A stretch of DNA of 64,000 nucleotides, taken from the NCBI GenBank assembly GCA_963827235.1, contig CAWHAE010000009.1, positions 1,120,001 through 1,184,000 on the forward strand. The letters run 5' to 3'. This DNA is from an uncultured bacterium. Lineage in GTDB: Bacteria; Chloroflexota; UBA5177; JANWHV01. A program made the position numbers and the translations under genes. This document shows positions 20,416 through 30,613 of the stretch, one piece after another (within the stretch, counting starts at the first letter, position 1; every line of letters starts with the position of its first letter). The notes under the pieces were generated by a model that did not search any database, had not been told where the DNA came from, and saw only the letters and a list, made by a program, of their open reading frames with translations.

Positions 20416-21150
20416 TCAGATGTTCTGCGCCTGGGGCAGCACGACGACGTCGCGCAGGGTGATACGCCGCGGCAGGCGCAGCATGTGCACGATCAGCTCG
20501 GCCACATCCTCGGAGCACAGGCCGCTGCCTGCCTGCAGGCCGGCCCGCACGTCTGCCGGGTTCGCCATGCCCCAGATGTCGTTCAGTACCATGCCGGGTG
20601 CCATGCTCGCCACGCGCAGGCCGTCCGCTGCCACCTCGTTGCGGAGCAGATTCACCAGCGTGTTGACCGCGTGCTTGGACGCGCTATAGACTGCCTCGTC
20701 TGGGATGTCCCGGTGGCCGGAGATCGACGAGGTGACGATGATGTCGCCGCTGCGCTGCGCGATCATGTGGGGTATCACGCCCTTGATGCAGCGGACAACG
20801 CCCACCACGTTGGCCTCCACGATGGAGACCAGGGTCTCTGTATCCACGTCGGCGACACGACCCTGCTTGTACTGCCCCGCGTTCGCCAGCAGAATGTCTA
20901 TTCGGCCGAATCGGCGGAGGGTCTCCGCCACCATGCGGTCGACGTCTCCGCGCTTCGACACGTCGGCCGGCACCGCGAGCGCATGATCCGCGCCGAGCTC
21001 GGCCTCGACCTGCAGCAGTCGATCCGGCCGGCGGCCGGCAAGCACGACACGCGCGCCCTGGGCCACCAGGGCGCGTGCCGCTGCCGCACCGATGCCGGTA
21101 CCCGCTCCGGTGACGACGGCGACCTTTCCCTGCAGATCGAGCAACTCCAT
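20416..21150 (-). CDS. SDR-family oxidoreductase
   Basis: TGAGTGIG, ANAG, YSASK. Confidence 0.9.
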   Translation of the reverse strand: MELLDLQGKVAVVTGAGTGIGAAAARALVAQGARVVLAGRRPDRLLQVEAELGADHALAVPADVSKRGDVDRMVAETLRRFGRIDILLANAGQYKQGRVADVDTETLVSIVEANVVGVVRCIKGVIPHMIAQRSGDIIVTSSISGHRDIPDEAVYSASKHAVNTLVNLLRNEVAADGLRVASMAPGMVLNDIWGMANPADVRAGLQAGSGLCSEDVAELIVHMLRLPRRITLRDVVVLPQAQNI

Positions 21151-21378
21151 TCCGGCTCCTCTCCGCCACGCTGCACAGCAGGTTCTTCCCCCACTATGAT
21201 ACGGTGGCTGCCCGGTAGCCGGACACGACCCCGAGCGTACCAGCACCCGGCTGGGCCATGACGCGGCGATGGAGCGTGCGCAGCCCCCGCGTGTTTGCCA
21301 TGGGACTTCGCCGGTTCGGTACACTTGAGCAGTAAGCCGGCCCCTCGAGCGGGCTGGAGCAATAGCCAGAGGCGGTGC

Positions 21379-21720
21379 ATGGGGCAGTACGAGCGGCACG
21401 TCTTCGTCTGTACGAGCGGCGATTGGTGTCCCCAGGTGGATGGAGATGGGCTCGGCGTGCACGCGCGGCTCAAAGAGCTCGCCGCGTCCGCCGGGCTCAA
21501 GGGGCGTGTGCGCATCAACCACGCCGGCTGCATGAATCAATGCGGCCATGGACCCATGGTGGTGGTCTATCCGGAAGACGTCTGGTATTGCGGCGTCCAG
21601 GTCGCCGATGCCGAGGAGATCGTACGCGAGCACCTGATCGATGGCAAGCCGGTCGAGCGCCTGCGCTACCATGCTGAGCGCGGCGACAACAAGGTGCCAC
21701 GAGTCTCCCGTACCCCGTGA
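21379..21720 (+). CDS. Thioredoxin-like [2Fe-2S] ferredoxin
   Basis: HVFVC...C...GCMNQCGHGP.VVVYP. Confidence 0.88.
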   Translation: MGQYERHVFVCTSGDWCPQVDGDGLGVHARLKELAASAGLKGRVRINHAGCMNQCGHGPMVVVYPEDVWYCGVQVADAEEIVREHLIDGKPVERLRYHAERGDNKVPRVSRTP

Positions 21721-21829
21721 GTGGCCGAACGCGGCAGCGTGACAGAGGCACTGCCCGCCACGACCGGTGAACGGTGGGCCGCGGGCGGGGTATATCGGCT
21801 GGAGACAACGGCGGCGCTGAACGCGGCTG

Positions 21830-22408
21830 CTACGTCCTGGAGTCGCCTCGCGGTTCCGTGCTCTCACGGGACGAGCTGCCGCGATCCCCGATCGGGCGGG
21901 CGGGGATGCCGGCAACCACCGAGCCGGCGGCGACATCCCGCGTCACCACGGAGTTCGCACCCACGCGCGCCCCGGCGCCGACGTAGACTGGGCCGAGTAT
22001 CTTGGCGCCTGCGCCGAGTATCGCGCCCTCGCCGATGGTGGGATAGCCATCCGGACGGCCGTCTCCTGCCAGGCGCAGTCCGAGCACGACGCCGGAATGG
22101 ATGAGCACCGCGTCTTCCACTACGGCGCCCTCTCCGATCACCACCCCATCCGGATGCGGGATCTGCACGCCGGCGCCGATGCGCGCGCCCTGCACGATGT
22201 CGAGACCATGCAGCGTCAGGTTTCCCTGGCGGAGGATTGACGGCAGCCACGGCACATGCGCTTCCGCCAGGTGACTTGAAACTCGATGCATGATGATGGC
22301 GCGCAGACCAACCTCCTGCGAGGCCGTTGCGAGCACCTGGACCAATGACACCCGCTGCCGGCCCAGGCGGCGAGACACGTCGGCCTGCATTTCACTCCAG
22401 AGACTCAC
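21830..22408 (-). CDS. Serine O-acetyltransferase-like hexapeptide acetyltransferase
   Basis: GARIGAG..IPHPDGVVIGE, PTIG, GAGAKILG, GANSVV, GIPAR. Confidence 0.85.
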   Translation of the reverse strand: MSLWSEMQADVSRRLGRQRVSLVQVLATASQEVGLRAIIMHRVSSHLAEAHVPWLPSILRQGNLTLHGLDIVQGARIGAGVQIPHPDGVVIGEGAVVEDAVLIHSGVVLGLRLAGDGRPDGYPTIGEGAILGAGAKILGPVYVGAGARVGANSVVTRDVAAGSVVAGIPARPIGDRGSSSRESTEPRGDSRT

Positions 22409-22553
22409 GCTTCTCCCTCCCGTCGAGCAACCAGATGATACACGGCGAGCACTTATGCAGCACCGTTCTCACACTTGCGACCGGTCGCGGGAGGGCAAGG
22501 AGGGGACGACACTGCCTGCTACTGAGGGCGCGTGGCAGCAGACGGGGAACGAA

Positions 22554-22588
22554 GCCTCCAGCTGCGGCAGAATGGCAAGGATGGGGCC
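22554..22588 (+). repeat. Dispersed intergenic 35-bp motif, copy A
   Basis: GCCTCCAGCTGCGGCAGAATGGCAAGGATGGGGCC; 31/35 identical to copy B. Confidence 0.7.
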
Positions 22589-22883
22589 TGTTGCGGCCGA
22601 ATGACCTGTTGCAGGTCCGCGACGGCGTGCTCGTACCCGGGAGGCGGGAACACCGCGAAACGGCAGAGGTGTCTCCAAGCTCTCGCCATTACGGTGCGGG
22701 ATGTGCTATCTATCATGGAGTTGTGCGGTTGCGGTGCGTCGAGAGCGGGATCGACTGCCGCATGCAGTGCCTCGACGCACAGACCGACCTGCTCCGCGCT
22801 CGGCGAGAGTGACCAACGGCGGTCGTGGGGCAGAGGCAGCCCCAATGCCGTCCGACACGGGAGGCAATGGAGGGGGTGACGGG

Positions 22884-23219
22884 ATGAGCGATCAGTATTT
22901 GCCGGAGGTGTACGTCCGGTTTCGCGAGCGGTTTCCCGATGTCGGCACAAGCCTAGACATGCTCGGCCGCGCGGTCGACGCGGCCGGCCCCCTGGATGAG
23001 CGCACGCGCTGTCTGGTGCAGCTGGGGATAGCGATCGGTGGACTTGCCGAAGGGGCGGTACGGTCGAACGCTCGCCGCGCCTTGCAGGCCGGAGCGTCGG
23101 AAGCCGAAGTGCTGCACGTGGCGGTGCTGGCAATCAGTCCTCGGGGCTTTCCCGCCGCGGTGGCGGCATTCTCCTGGGTCGAGGAGGTACTGCGCCACGC
23201 GAGAGCGGATAAGCCGTAA
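22884..23219 (+). CDS. Carboxymuconolactone decarboxylase/AhpD-like protein
   Basis: GPLDERTR.LV.LGIA..., A.RAL.AGAS.AE, GFP. Confidence 0.85.
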   Translation: MSDQYLPEVYVRFRERFPDVGTSLDMLGRAVDAAGPLDERTRCLVQLGIAIGGLAEGAVRSNARRALQAGASEAEVLHVAVLAISPRGFPAAVAAFSWVEEVLRHARADKP

Positions 23220-23321
23220 GGCCCGGGAGCGGCCGGGCCGGGCGGCTGGCGTAAGGGATGCGTCCGCCGGCGGGTGCCGGGCTCGGGACAACGGCTCCTC
23301 GCATCGCCGGCTGCCTGATCG

Positions 23322-23840
23322 TTGCGCGATGCGGAGACTGCCGTGAGTTGGGCGCTGCCGATTCTCTGGCTGCACGTGCTCGCGGCGATCTTCTGGGTTG
23401 GCGGGCAGCTCTTACTGGTCGTCGTCGTGATGCCTATCCTGCGACAGGAGCTGGCGGAAGCCGATCGCGTGCGCGTCGCCAGCCAGGTGGGCAGGCGGTT
23501 TGCCGCTTTCTCAGGGGCGGCGCTCGGCGTGCTCCTGGTCACGGGACCGCTGAACGCCGGGGAACACGGCGTCTCCTGGTCTATCCTGCGCGACACCACC
23601 TGGGGTCATGTGCTGATCGTCAAGGTCATCGCGGTGGCGATGATGCTGGCGCTCACCGCGGTGCATGGCGCCTACTTCGGCCGTCGCCTGGAAGAGCTGG
23701 GCCGAGCGGCGGCGACCGACGCGGCGGCGGCCGAGCGCCGCCGGGCCTTGCAGAGCCGGTCCTATCGTGTCTCGATCGCCAACCTGCTGCTGAACGCCGG
23801 CATCGTGGGTCTTGCCGCCTGGCTCGCCACGCTGCCATAG
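23322..23840 (+). CDS. CopD/DUF4149-like membrane protein
   Basis: WLHVLAAIFWVGG, TG, K..AV...H; four TM helices. Confidence 0.75.
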   Translation: MRDAETAVSWALPILWLHVLAAIFWVGGQLLLVVVVMPILRQELAEADRVRVASQVGRRFAAFSGAALGVLLVTGPLNAGEHGVSWSILRDTTWGHVLIVKVIAVAMMLALTAVHGAYFGRRLEELGRAAATDAAAAERRRALQSRSYRVSIANLLLNAGIVGLAAWLATLP

Positions 23841-23951
23841 GGGACCGCGGCAGGGGCGCTCTGCGCTCCGCCGGCCCCGCGGAGTGTTACGGCCGGCCCC
23901 CATACTGTACATGGGGCGGGCGTGCCGCCGGCACTGTGCACTGGCGCTTGC

Positions 23952-24572
23952 CTATCCGGACCGCGGCGCCGCGAGGCGCGCCAGCACCGGCAGCCAGGAG
24001 ATCGTCAAGGCCGCCAACTGCCGGTAGAACGGTTGCGTTGCCTCCTGAGCCACGGCGCGACACAGCGTGGGGAGCCAGACCGCCAGGTGTTTGGCGAGCA
24101 GCGCTTGTCCGATCGACTCTTTGCCGGGCGAGCCGAGCGCATAGGCGAGCGCTTCGAGCTCCACCGCGACGTGGTCGGGCAGCTCGCCCGACGAGGAGGT
24201 GACGGCCAGGCCGAGCCCGGCGTAGAGCAAGCGCAGCTCCTCGGTACAGGGACCCATCAGAGTGCGGCGCAGGCGCAGCGGCACGTCGTCGCGCCAGTAA
24301 GACTCGTAGGGTGGGCAGGGCACGTGCCCCGGGCCGACGAACAGGCGCTCATGTTCGTCCAGCAATGCCTGCAGCTCCTCGCCCGCGGCGGGCGCCTCCG
24401 GAAGGCCGGGTGAGGTGACGGCAAGCGCGGTCGCCACGCCCTCGGCGACGTCCCGCCAGGCCATCCAGCCGTCGACCTCGCCGGCGACGGGCCTGCTCCA
24501 CCAATGGGCGAGCAGGTCCGCTGCCGTCGCGGCCGGCGGCATCACCGCCGTCGGGGTCGTCGCCGGCGTCAC
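23952..24572 (-). CDS. TorD/DmsD family maturation chaperone
   Basis: LFVGPG...PPYESYW, ELPDHVAVELE, HLAVW. Confidence 0.9.
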   Translation of the reverse strand: MTPATTPTAVMPPAATAADLLAHWWSRPVAGEVDGWMAWRDVAEGVATALAVTSPGLPEAPAAGEELQALLDEHERLFVGPGHVPCPPYESYWRDDVPLRLRRTLMGPCTEELRLLYAGLGLAVTSSSGELPDHVAVELEALAYALGSPGKESIGQALLAKHLAVWLPTLCRAVAQEATQPFYRQLAALTISWLPVLARLAAPRSG

Positions 24573-25789
24573 AGCTCCTCCGCGACGTCCCGCATGACCT
24601 GCAGCCGTCGATAGCCACTGGTGACGATCGCCGCGAACAAGGCGAAGAGGCCGACCACGATGCCGTACTCCACCCAGGTGGGATGGTAACTGCCGGGCAG
24701 CTGGAAGGATGCCGCCGTGGCACTGTAGGTGCCGAGGGCGATGCCCGGCGTGTAGGAGATGAGCGGGCTGATGAAGCCGCCGACGATCAGGTCGATACGG
24801 AAGGCGAACACTCCCACCATCACCAGGACGCTGGCGGCCAACAGCGAGCCGGGCAACTGCTTAAGCCGGGGTACCACCAGCAAGAGGAAAGGCGCCGCCC
24901 CGCCGGCTATCCACTCCATCCAGAACAGCCAGGACCAGCTGCCGCCCGGCAGGATCAGGTTGAGGCCCGCGCGCTCCTGCGGCACATTGCCCCAGAGGAT
25001 GGTGATGTAGTCACTGCCGACGAGGAAGAGGTCCAGGGCCAGGGCAACGGCCAGCAGGCCGCGCAGCCAACGGCGCGTCTCGACCGGGATGTTCACCGCG
25101 TCGAAGCGCTCGACGCAAAGCGCGATGAGCGTAACCAGCGCCGTGCCCGACAGCACGGCAGAAGTCACGAACAGCGGGGCCATCAGCGCCGTGTTCCAGA
25201 AGGAGCGGGCGATCTGCAAGCCGAAGATCCACGCTGTGATGGAGTGCAGCAGCACGGCCAGCGGCAGGCCGATGTAGGCCAGCAGCCGCATGCGGCGACG
25301 CCACCGCCCCGGCTCGGCGGCATGCCGCGTGAGCACGAAGAGATCGACTACCGAGAAAACGAAGTAGGCGGCGATGATGCCGATATCCCAGATCAGCGGC
25401 GACGTCCAGTTCGGATAGAGGATCAGGTTGAAGATCCGCTCCGGCCGACCCAGATCGGGGATGATCATCAAGGCCGCGACGGTAATGCAGCCGGCCGCGC
25501 TGAGCACTCCCAGGCGTGAGAGCGGCTTCAGCGCCGAGACGCCGAACACCTCGGCCGAGGAAGCGACGATCAAGCCGCCTGCCGAAAGTCCGACGAAGAA
25601 GGCGAAGCTGAAGATGTACATGCCCCAGGAGACGACGTCGCGCATGCCGGTGCTGGACAGGCCGTTGGCCAGCTCGTAGCCCCAGGCCGCCAGGCCCCAG
25701 GCTCCGGCCAGAGCCAGGACGAGCGTCCACCACCAATGACGCGGAAGCGCCAGGCCTCTCGCGGGGAGGGTTGCCGATTGTGTCGTCAT
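24569..25789 (-). CDS. NrfD/PsrC-family membrane anchor
   Basis: WGMYI..F.FFVGLSAG, DLGRPER, SPL.WD; multiple TM helices. Confidence 0.9.
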   Translation of the reverse strand: MTTQSATLPARGLALPRHWWWTLVLALAGAWGLAAWGYELANGLSSTGMRDVVSWGMYIFSFAFFVGLSAGGLIVASSAEVFGVSALKPLSRLGVLSAAGCITVAALMIIPDLGRPERIFNLILYPNWTSPLIWDIGIIAAYFVFSVVDLFVLTRHAAEPGRWRRRMRLLAYIGLPLAVLLHSITAWIFGLQIARSFWNTALMAPLFVTSAVLSGTALVTLIALCVERFDAVNIPVETRRWLRGLLAVALALDLFLVGSDYITILWGNVPQERAGLNLILPGGSWSWLFWMEWIAGGAAPFLLLVVPRLKQLPGSLLAASVLVMVGVFAFRIDLIVGGFISPLISYTPGIALGTYSATAASFQLPGSYHPTWVEYGIVVGLFALFAAIVTSGYRRLQVMRDVAEEL

Positions 25790-25806
25790 GGCACGCTCAC
25801 TTTCGC

Positions 25807-26541
25807 TCAGCTCTCGTCCGCCACGCGCCGGCGTACCGGCACATAGTAGACGTTCGGGTTGGTGCCCAGCTCGGCGTGGAGCTGCACGGCGCCGCCCTCG
25901 ACCAGCCTGCTAGCCTCGCTCGAGGAATCGTTCAGGTCGCCAAACACCCTGGCTCCGATCGGACAGACGTTGACGCAGAACGGTTGCTCGCCCACGTCGA
26001 TCCGCTCAACGCAGAAGGTGCATTTCTCCACCACTCCGCGCGGTCGCTCCGGCATGAACACGCGGCGCCCGCCGGTCTTGTAATCCTGCTCGTAGCCGAC
26101 CGGGCTGCCTGCCGGGTATTCCGCCCCACCCCAGTTGAAGATGCGCACGCCGTAGGGACAAGCCGCCATACAGTAGCGGCAGCCGATGCAGCGATCGTAG
26201 TCGACCAGCACCGTGCCGTCGTCGCGGCGGAACGTGGCACCCACCGGACAGACCTTCACGCAGGGAGCCTGCTCGCAGTGCTGGCAGGCCACGGGCAGGT
26301 AGGCCAGCTCCACGTTCGGGAAGACGCCTCGCGGCACGTCGATCGAATCGCTGGCCGGGTCGGCCGTAGCCGTGGACTCGTTGGGAGCCGTGGTAAGCAC
26401 GCGGTTCCACCAGTAGCCGAGCGGCTCGTTATTGATCTCCTTGCAGCCGACCGCGCAGGTCCAGCAGCCCACGCAACGGTTCTGGTCGATGACCATGGCG
26501 TGGTGGGGCGTCTGAGCTACCTGGTCTTTGCTCGCGGACAT
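25807..26541 (-). CDS. 4Fe-4S dicluster electron-transfer subunit (DmsB/NrfC-like)
   Basis: CVGCWTCAVGC, CQHCEQAPCVKVCP, CIGCRYCMAACP, KCTFC...C...CP. Confidence 0.93.
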   Translation of the reverse strand: MSASKDQVAQTPHHAMVIDQNRCVGCWTCAVGCKEINNEPLGYWWNRVLTTAPNESTATADPASDSIDVPRGVFPNVELAYLPVACQHCEQAPCVKVCPVGATFRRDDGTVLVDYDRCIGCRYCMAACPYGVRIFNWGGAEYPAGSPVGYEQDYKTGGRRVFMPERPRGVVEKCTFCVERIDVGEQPFCVNVCPIGARVFGDLNDSSSEASRLVEGGAVQLHAELGTNPNVYYVPVRRRVADES

Positions 26542-26545
26542 GGCA

Positions 26546-29036
26546 TCAACCTCCGACTCTCTCGACCTGCACCAGGCAGTCGTAGTAGGCGGCATTGGAA
26601 GGGAAATTCGGGATCAGGGCCTGCGCCGGGTTGGCGATCTGATGGGTCAGGTTGTTCGGGTGCCCTTCGAGGTAGTGCTTCACGGAGATCGTGTCCCAGC
26701 CGCCCTGGTAGCAGTTGACCACTCCGGGCTTGATGCCCTCGGTCAAGCGCGCCCGCACCTTCATGTACCCGCGATCGTTGTAGATCCGCACCACGTCGCC
26801 GTCGCCGATGCCGCGACCGCCTGCGTCCTTGGGGTTGATCTCCAGGAAGCCCTCGCCGCCGTTGTTGATCTCCTTCAGCCAGGGCAGGTTCACGTACTGC
26901 GAGTGCGTGCGGAAGCGCGTGTGCGTGCTCAGGAAGACGAGCGGATACTTCGCGTAGAGCGGGTTGTGCGGCGAAGCCTCCACCGGCTCCTTGTGCACGC
27001 AGACCTCCTGATCGAAGGGCACGAGCATCTCGACGTAGAACTCGATCTTTCCCGACTTGGAGGGGAACTGCATGTCCGAGAAGGGTACGTATGGCACCGT
27101 CTTGGTGTTCAGGTGCACGGCGGTGCCGCTGGTTACCTGCTCCCAGGTCAGTCCGACGACGTTGCCGTCGGCTTTGGGGTCGCCGATGTGCAGGAGCTGC
27201 TTCAGGTACTCGTCCGGGGTCTTGTCGAAGTACTTGCCAACCCCCATCTTGCCGGCCACCAGCCGGATGGCGTCGAGATCGGACTTCGACTCGTAGAGGG
27301 GGTCGATCACCGTCGGCATGTACTGCAGGTAGAAGTTGTTCGAGGAGAGGAGGTCCGTCTTCTCGAAGTAGGTGCAGGCGGGAAGCACGATGTCCGCCAG
27401 GTCGGCCGTGGCCGACATCACGTAGTCCGAGACCACCAGGAAGTCGAGGGACTGCAGCGCCTTGACTACCCTGTTGCGGTCGGACATCTGCTGCGCGAAG
27501 TTGTCGATCATGAACCAGGCCGCGCGCACCGGGAACGGTTTACCGTCCAGCATGGCGCCACACGCGTCCATCGGTTCCAGTACCGAGAACATGCTGGTGC
27601 CCTTCGGCGCCCACCAGCCGCCCAGGTCGAAGGCGGTGGTGGTGAGCCCGCCTGCGAAGGTCGTCACGCCGCCGCCGTGCACGCCGATGTTGCCGGTGAT
27701 CGCCTGCAGGGTGAGCAACGCCTGCATGGTCAGGTCTCCGCGATACCAGTGGGAGAGGCCGAAGCCGGCGCGCACGGCCACGGGGTGCGTGCTGCTCCAG
27801 AGCTTGGCCAGGGCCGTCACCTGCTCGACCGGGATATCGGTGATCGATGCGGTGTGTTCCGGCGTATATTGGGCCATGCTGTCCGCCAGCACCTGGAGGG
27901 CGGTGCGGCATTGCATACCGGCGGCCTCGTGGGTGCCCAGCAACCGCGCATCCTTCAGCGTCTTGTCGCCGGCGGCTTTCAGCTTGCCGTCTGCCCGGTC
28001 CACGACCACGTAGTCGTCCTTGGCGCCTTTGACCAGCTCCTTCCAGCGCAGCCACTTCTTCGTGCTGGGGTTGATGAGATAGGGCGCAACAGTGTACTGC
28101 TGCAGGTAGCCGGCGTCGTAGAGATCGTGGCTCAGCACGTAGTTGATGATGCCGTCGACCAGCGCCGTGTCCGCGCCGGGCCGGATCGGCAGCCAGTCGT
28201 CGCAGGCGGCGGAGGTGGGGGTGAATCGCGGATCGATGGAGACGAGGCGGGCGCCGTTCTGGTCGCGCGCGTCGAGCATGATCCGCCAGTCCGGGATCGA
28301 GGTCTCCGCCACGTTGTTGGCCCAGAAGACGATCGCCTTGGCGTTGAGGAAGTCCGTCGATTCGTGTCCGTCGAAGAGGCCGCCGCCGTTCGCGGGATTG
28401 GCCGGGTCGACCAGCACGTAGTTCCAGCCGGCGGGGGTGGCGCTATCGCCCTCGTTGTCGCCCTCGAAGTCGCCGGCCGAGGCGCCGATGGCGCTGGCGA
28501 AGCGGAAGCCGGCCCCGACGACGCCTTCGATCAGGCTGAGCGAGCCCGTATAGGGCGCGATCCAGACCGACTTGTTGCCGTGCTGCTTCTGGATCCTGGC
28601 GAAGTTGGCGGCGATGGTCGCCGTCGCTTCCTCCCAGGTGATCCGTTGCCAGCGGCCGGATCCGCGCGGACCGACGCGCTTATAGGGATACTTGACACGG
28701 TCCGGGCTGTAGGTGTTCGAGATCTGGCTCAGGCCGCGCAGGCAGACGCGAGGATTGTAGGTGGGCGCCGCCTGGCCGGCGATCGGTCGTACCGCCCCAG
28801 GGCGCCGGCTCGACGAGCGTCGCGCGGCCGCCGGTGACGTGGATGAGATGGCCGCAGGCGCCATCGCAGTTGTTGGAGTGACCGGTGCGGAACACCGCAC
28901 TGGTCGAGGGAGCTAACGGCACCTCGGCGTCGGCCGCCGGAGCGGCCTCGAAGAAGCGCAGCCGATCGGCGAGCATCAGCCCGCCGATGGCGCCGGCGCT
29001 GGCACCGAGGAAGGTACGTCGGGAGAGTGAGCCCAT
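26546..29036 (-). CDS. Tat-exported Mo/W-bisPGD oxidoreductase catalytic subunit (DMSO reductase family) with a one-base frameshift near 28785
   Basis: Tat SRRTFLG and HSNNCDGAC lie in one frame; VCLRG, RITWEEA, IDPRFT, ADIVLPA and HTRFRTHSQ lie in the next. Junction ggt acg acc-g-atc gcc. Confidence 0.88.
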
Positions 29037-29189
29037 ACCAATTCCTCCATCCGTCGAGTCGGCTACGTCATTGTGGAGCGACGTCGAGCAGGCTGGAACG
29101 ACTTTCTCACTCTCTCCTGCCAAACGGCAGTGCCGAAGGTCCTTCCTTCGCGGGCCGATATGCCTGATTGGCAACTACGGAGACTGTAC

Positions 29190-29204
29190 TTGACGCAGAG
29201 TCAA
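29190..29204. promoter_or_regulatory. Palindromic operator candidate TTGAC-N5-GTCAA
   Basis: Perfect 5-bp inverted repeat about 155 bp upstream of the oxidoreductase start, in the divergent region shared with nfnAB. Confidence 0.35.
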
Positions 29205-29770
29205 TGCCAGGGGAGGCTCGAGCGCCGCACGAAGCCTGCCTTGCGAGCCTCTCAAGCCACTTGAGATATGCGGGTTGTTTCCTACTATATATGCAGGGCC
29301 AGTCGCATGGCGGGGTCGCACGATGGAGCGCGCCAGCAACAATCCCAGGGCAATGGCCAGGCCCCACGGGCGCTACGCCGAGCTTCGCCCTGCCGCACCC
29401 TGGAAAGGAACGGTGTAGCGGGTAGCCGTCCGCTTTGCCGGCCGCGAGCCGGCAAAGCGGAGTGCTGACAGTATTGTGTCGTCAATCGAAAGTCGACAGT
29501 TGACAAAACTATCGGATCGTTGTAGGGTGTGTAGTGTGATGTGCGGTGGCACTTTTCGGCCGGCACCGACGCCGTCGTCGTGCCGGTACAGGGCGTCCGC
29601 CACCGGCAACTGACCATGCCGCAGTGGTACTCCAAGCCAGCGATCCGGCGATGGCAGCGGCCGCGCCCGCTGCGCAACTACTTCACGCAGTTGCTCGTGG
29701 CGTGGCTGAAGCAGGACTCGATGCGAACAAGCCGCAGATTGTCGCCTCTGTTCACAGGCGGCTAGAGTCG

Positions 29771-30613
29771 ATGGATATTGTTGCGAAAGAATCTCTCGCG
29801 CCCAAGATCGTGCGGCTTGACGTCCTGGCGCCGGATATTGCCGCCAAGGCTGAGCCGGGGCACTTCGTCATCGTGCGCCTGCACGCTCGCGCCGAGCGAA
29901 TCCCGTTGACCATTGCCGATTTCGATCGCGACAGGGGGACGATAACCCTCGTCGTGCAGGATGTGGGACACAGCACCGCCGGGATCTGCAAGCTGGAACC
30001 GGGCTGCGCCATTCAGGATGTGCTGGGACCCCTGGGCACGTCGCTGGCCATGCACGAGCCGGGCACCGTTCTGGCCGTGGCTGGGGGCTTGGGCGCCGCT
30101 CCTCTGTACCCCAAGATGCGGGCGCTGTTCGCGGCCGGTAACCGGGTCGTCGCTCTGCATGGTGCTAGGTCCCGCGATCTGCTCGTGTTCTCCGACGCAC
30201 TGCGGCGCAACTGCCACCAGTATCTCGTGGCCACAGACGACGGCAGCATGGGCCATCACGGCTTCGTCACCGATCTGCTGCGTCAGACACTGCGGCGTGA
30301 GCACGTCGACGAGGTGATAGCCATCGGCCCGGCCGCCATGATGGAGGCGTGCTGCACGATCACCCGGGAGCTGCAGATCAGGACTACCGTCAGCCTGAAT
30401 CCACTGATGGTGGACGGCACGGGAATGTGCGGCGGTTGCCGCGTGACAGTTGGCGGGGTGAGCAGGTTCTGCTGTGTCGACGGTCCCCTTTTCGACGGGC
30501 TCGCCGTGGACTTCGCCGAGCTGAGACAGCGCCAGCGATACTATGCCGGCCTGGAAAAGATCGCATACAGCCTTGGTGAACGTGGGAGCGAACGGCCATG
30601 CCGCGCCAGCTGA
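29771..30613 (+). CDS. nfnA: NfnA/SudB-like FAD/NAD-binding [2Fe-2S] subunit
   Basis: PGHFVI, ERIPLTIAD, GPLG, GGLG.AP, MVDGTGMCGGCRV...CVDGP. Confidence 0.88.
   Translation: MDIVAKESLAPKIVRLDVLAPDIAAKAEPGHFVIVRLHARAERIPLTIADFDRDRGTITLVVQDVGHSTAGICKLEPGCAIQDVLGPLGTSLAMHEPGTVLAVAGGLGAAPLYPKMRALFAAGNRVVALHGARSRDLLVFSDALRRNCHQYLVATDDGSMGHHGFVTDLLRQTLRREHVDEVIAIGPAAMMEACCTITRELQIRTTVSLNPLMVDGTGMCGGCRVTVGGVSRFCCVDGPLFDGLAVDFAELRQRQRYYAGLEKIAYSLGERGSERPCRAS

Noticed and set aside
28775-28800. Programmed ribosomal frameshift in the Mo subunit
   Set aside because: No slippery heptamer, and other single-base indels in the window point to sequencing error.
26528-28837. 769-aa plus-strand ORF (and similar long antisense ORFs such as 6806-8284, 9236-10501 and 53930-55804)
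   Set aside because: Shadow ORFs opposite real genes in GC-rich DNA; no recognisable motifs.
29541-29765. 74-aa ORF upstream of nfnA
   Set aside because: No recognisable motif or SD; it may be a remnant but I cannot support it.
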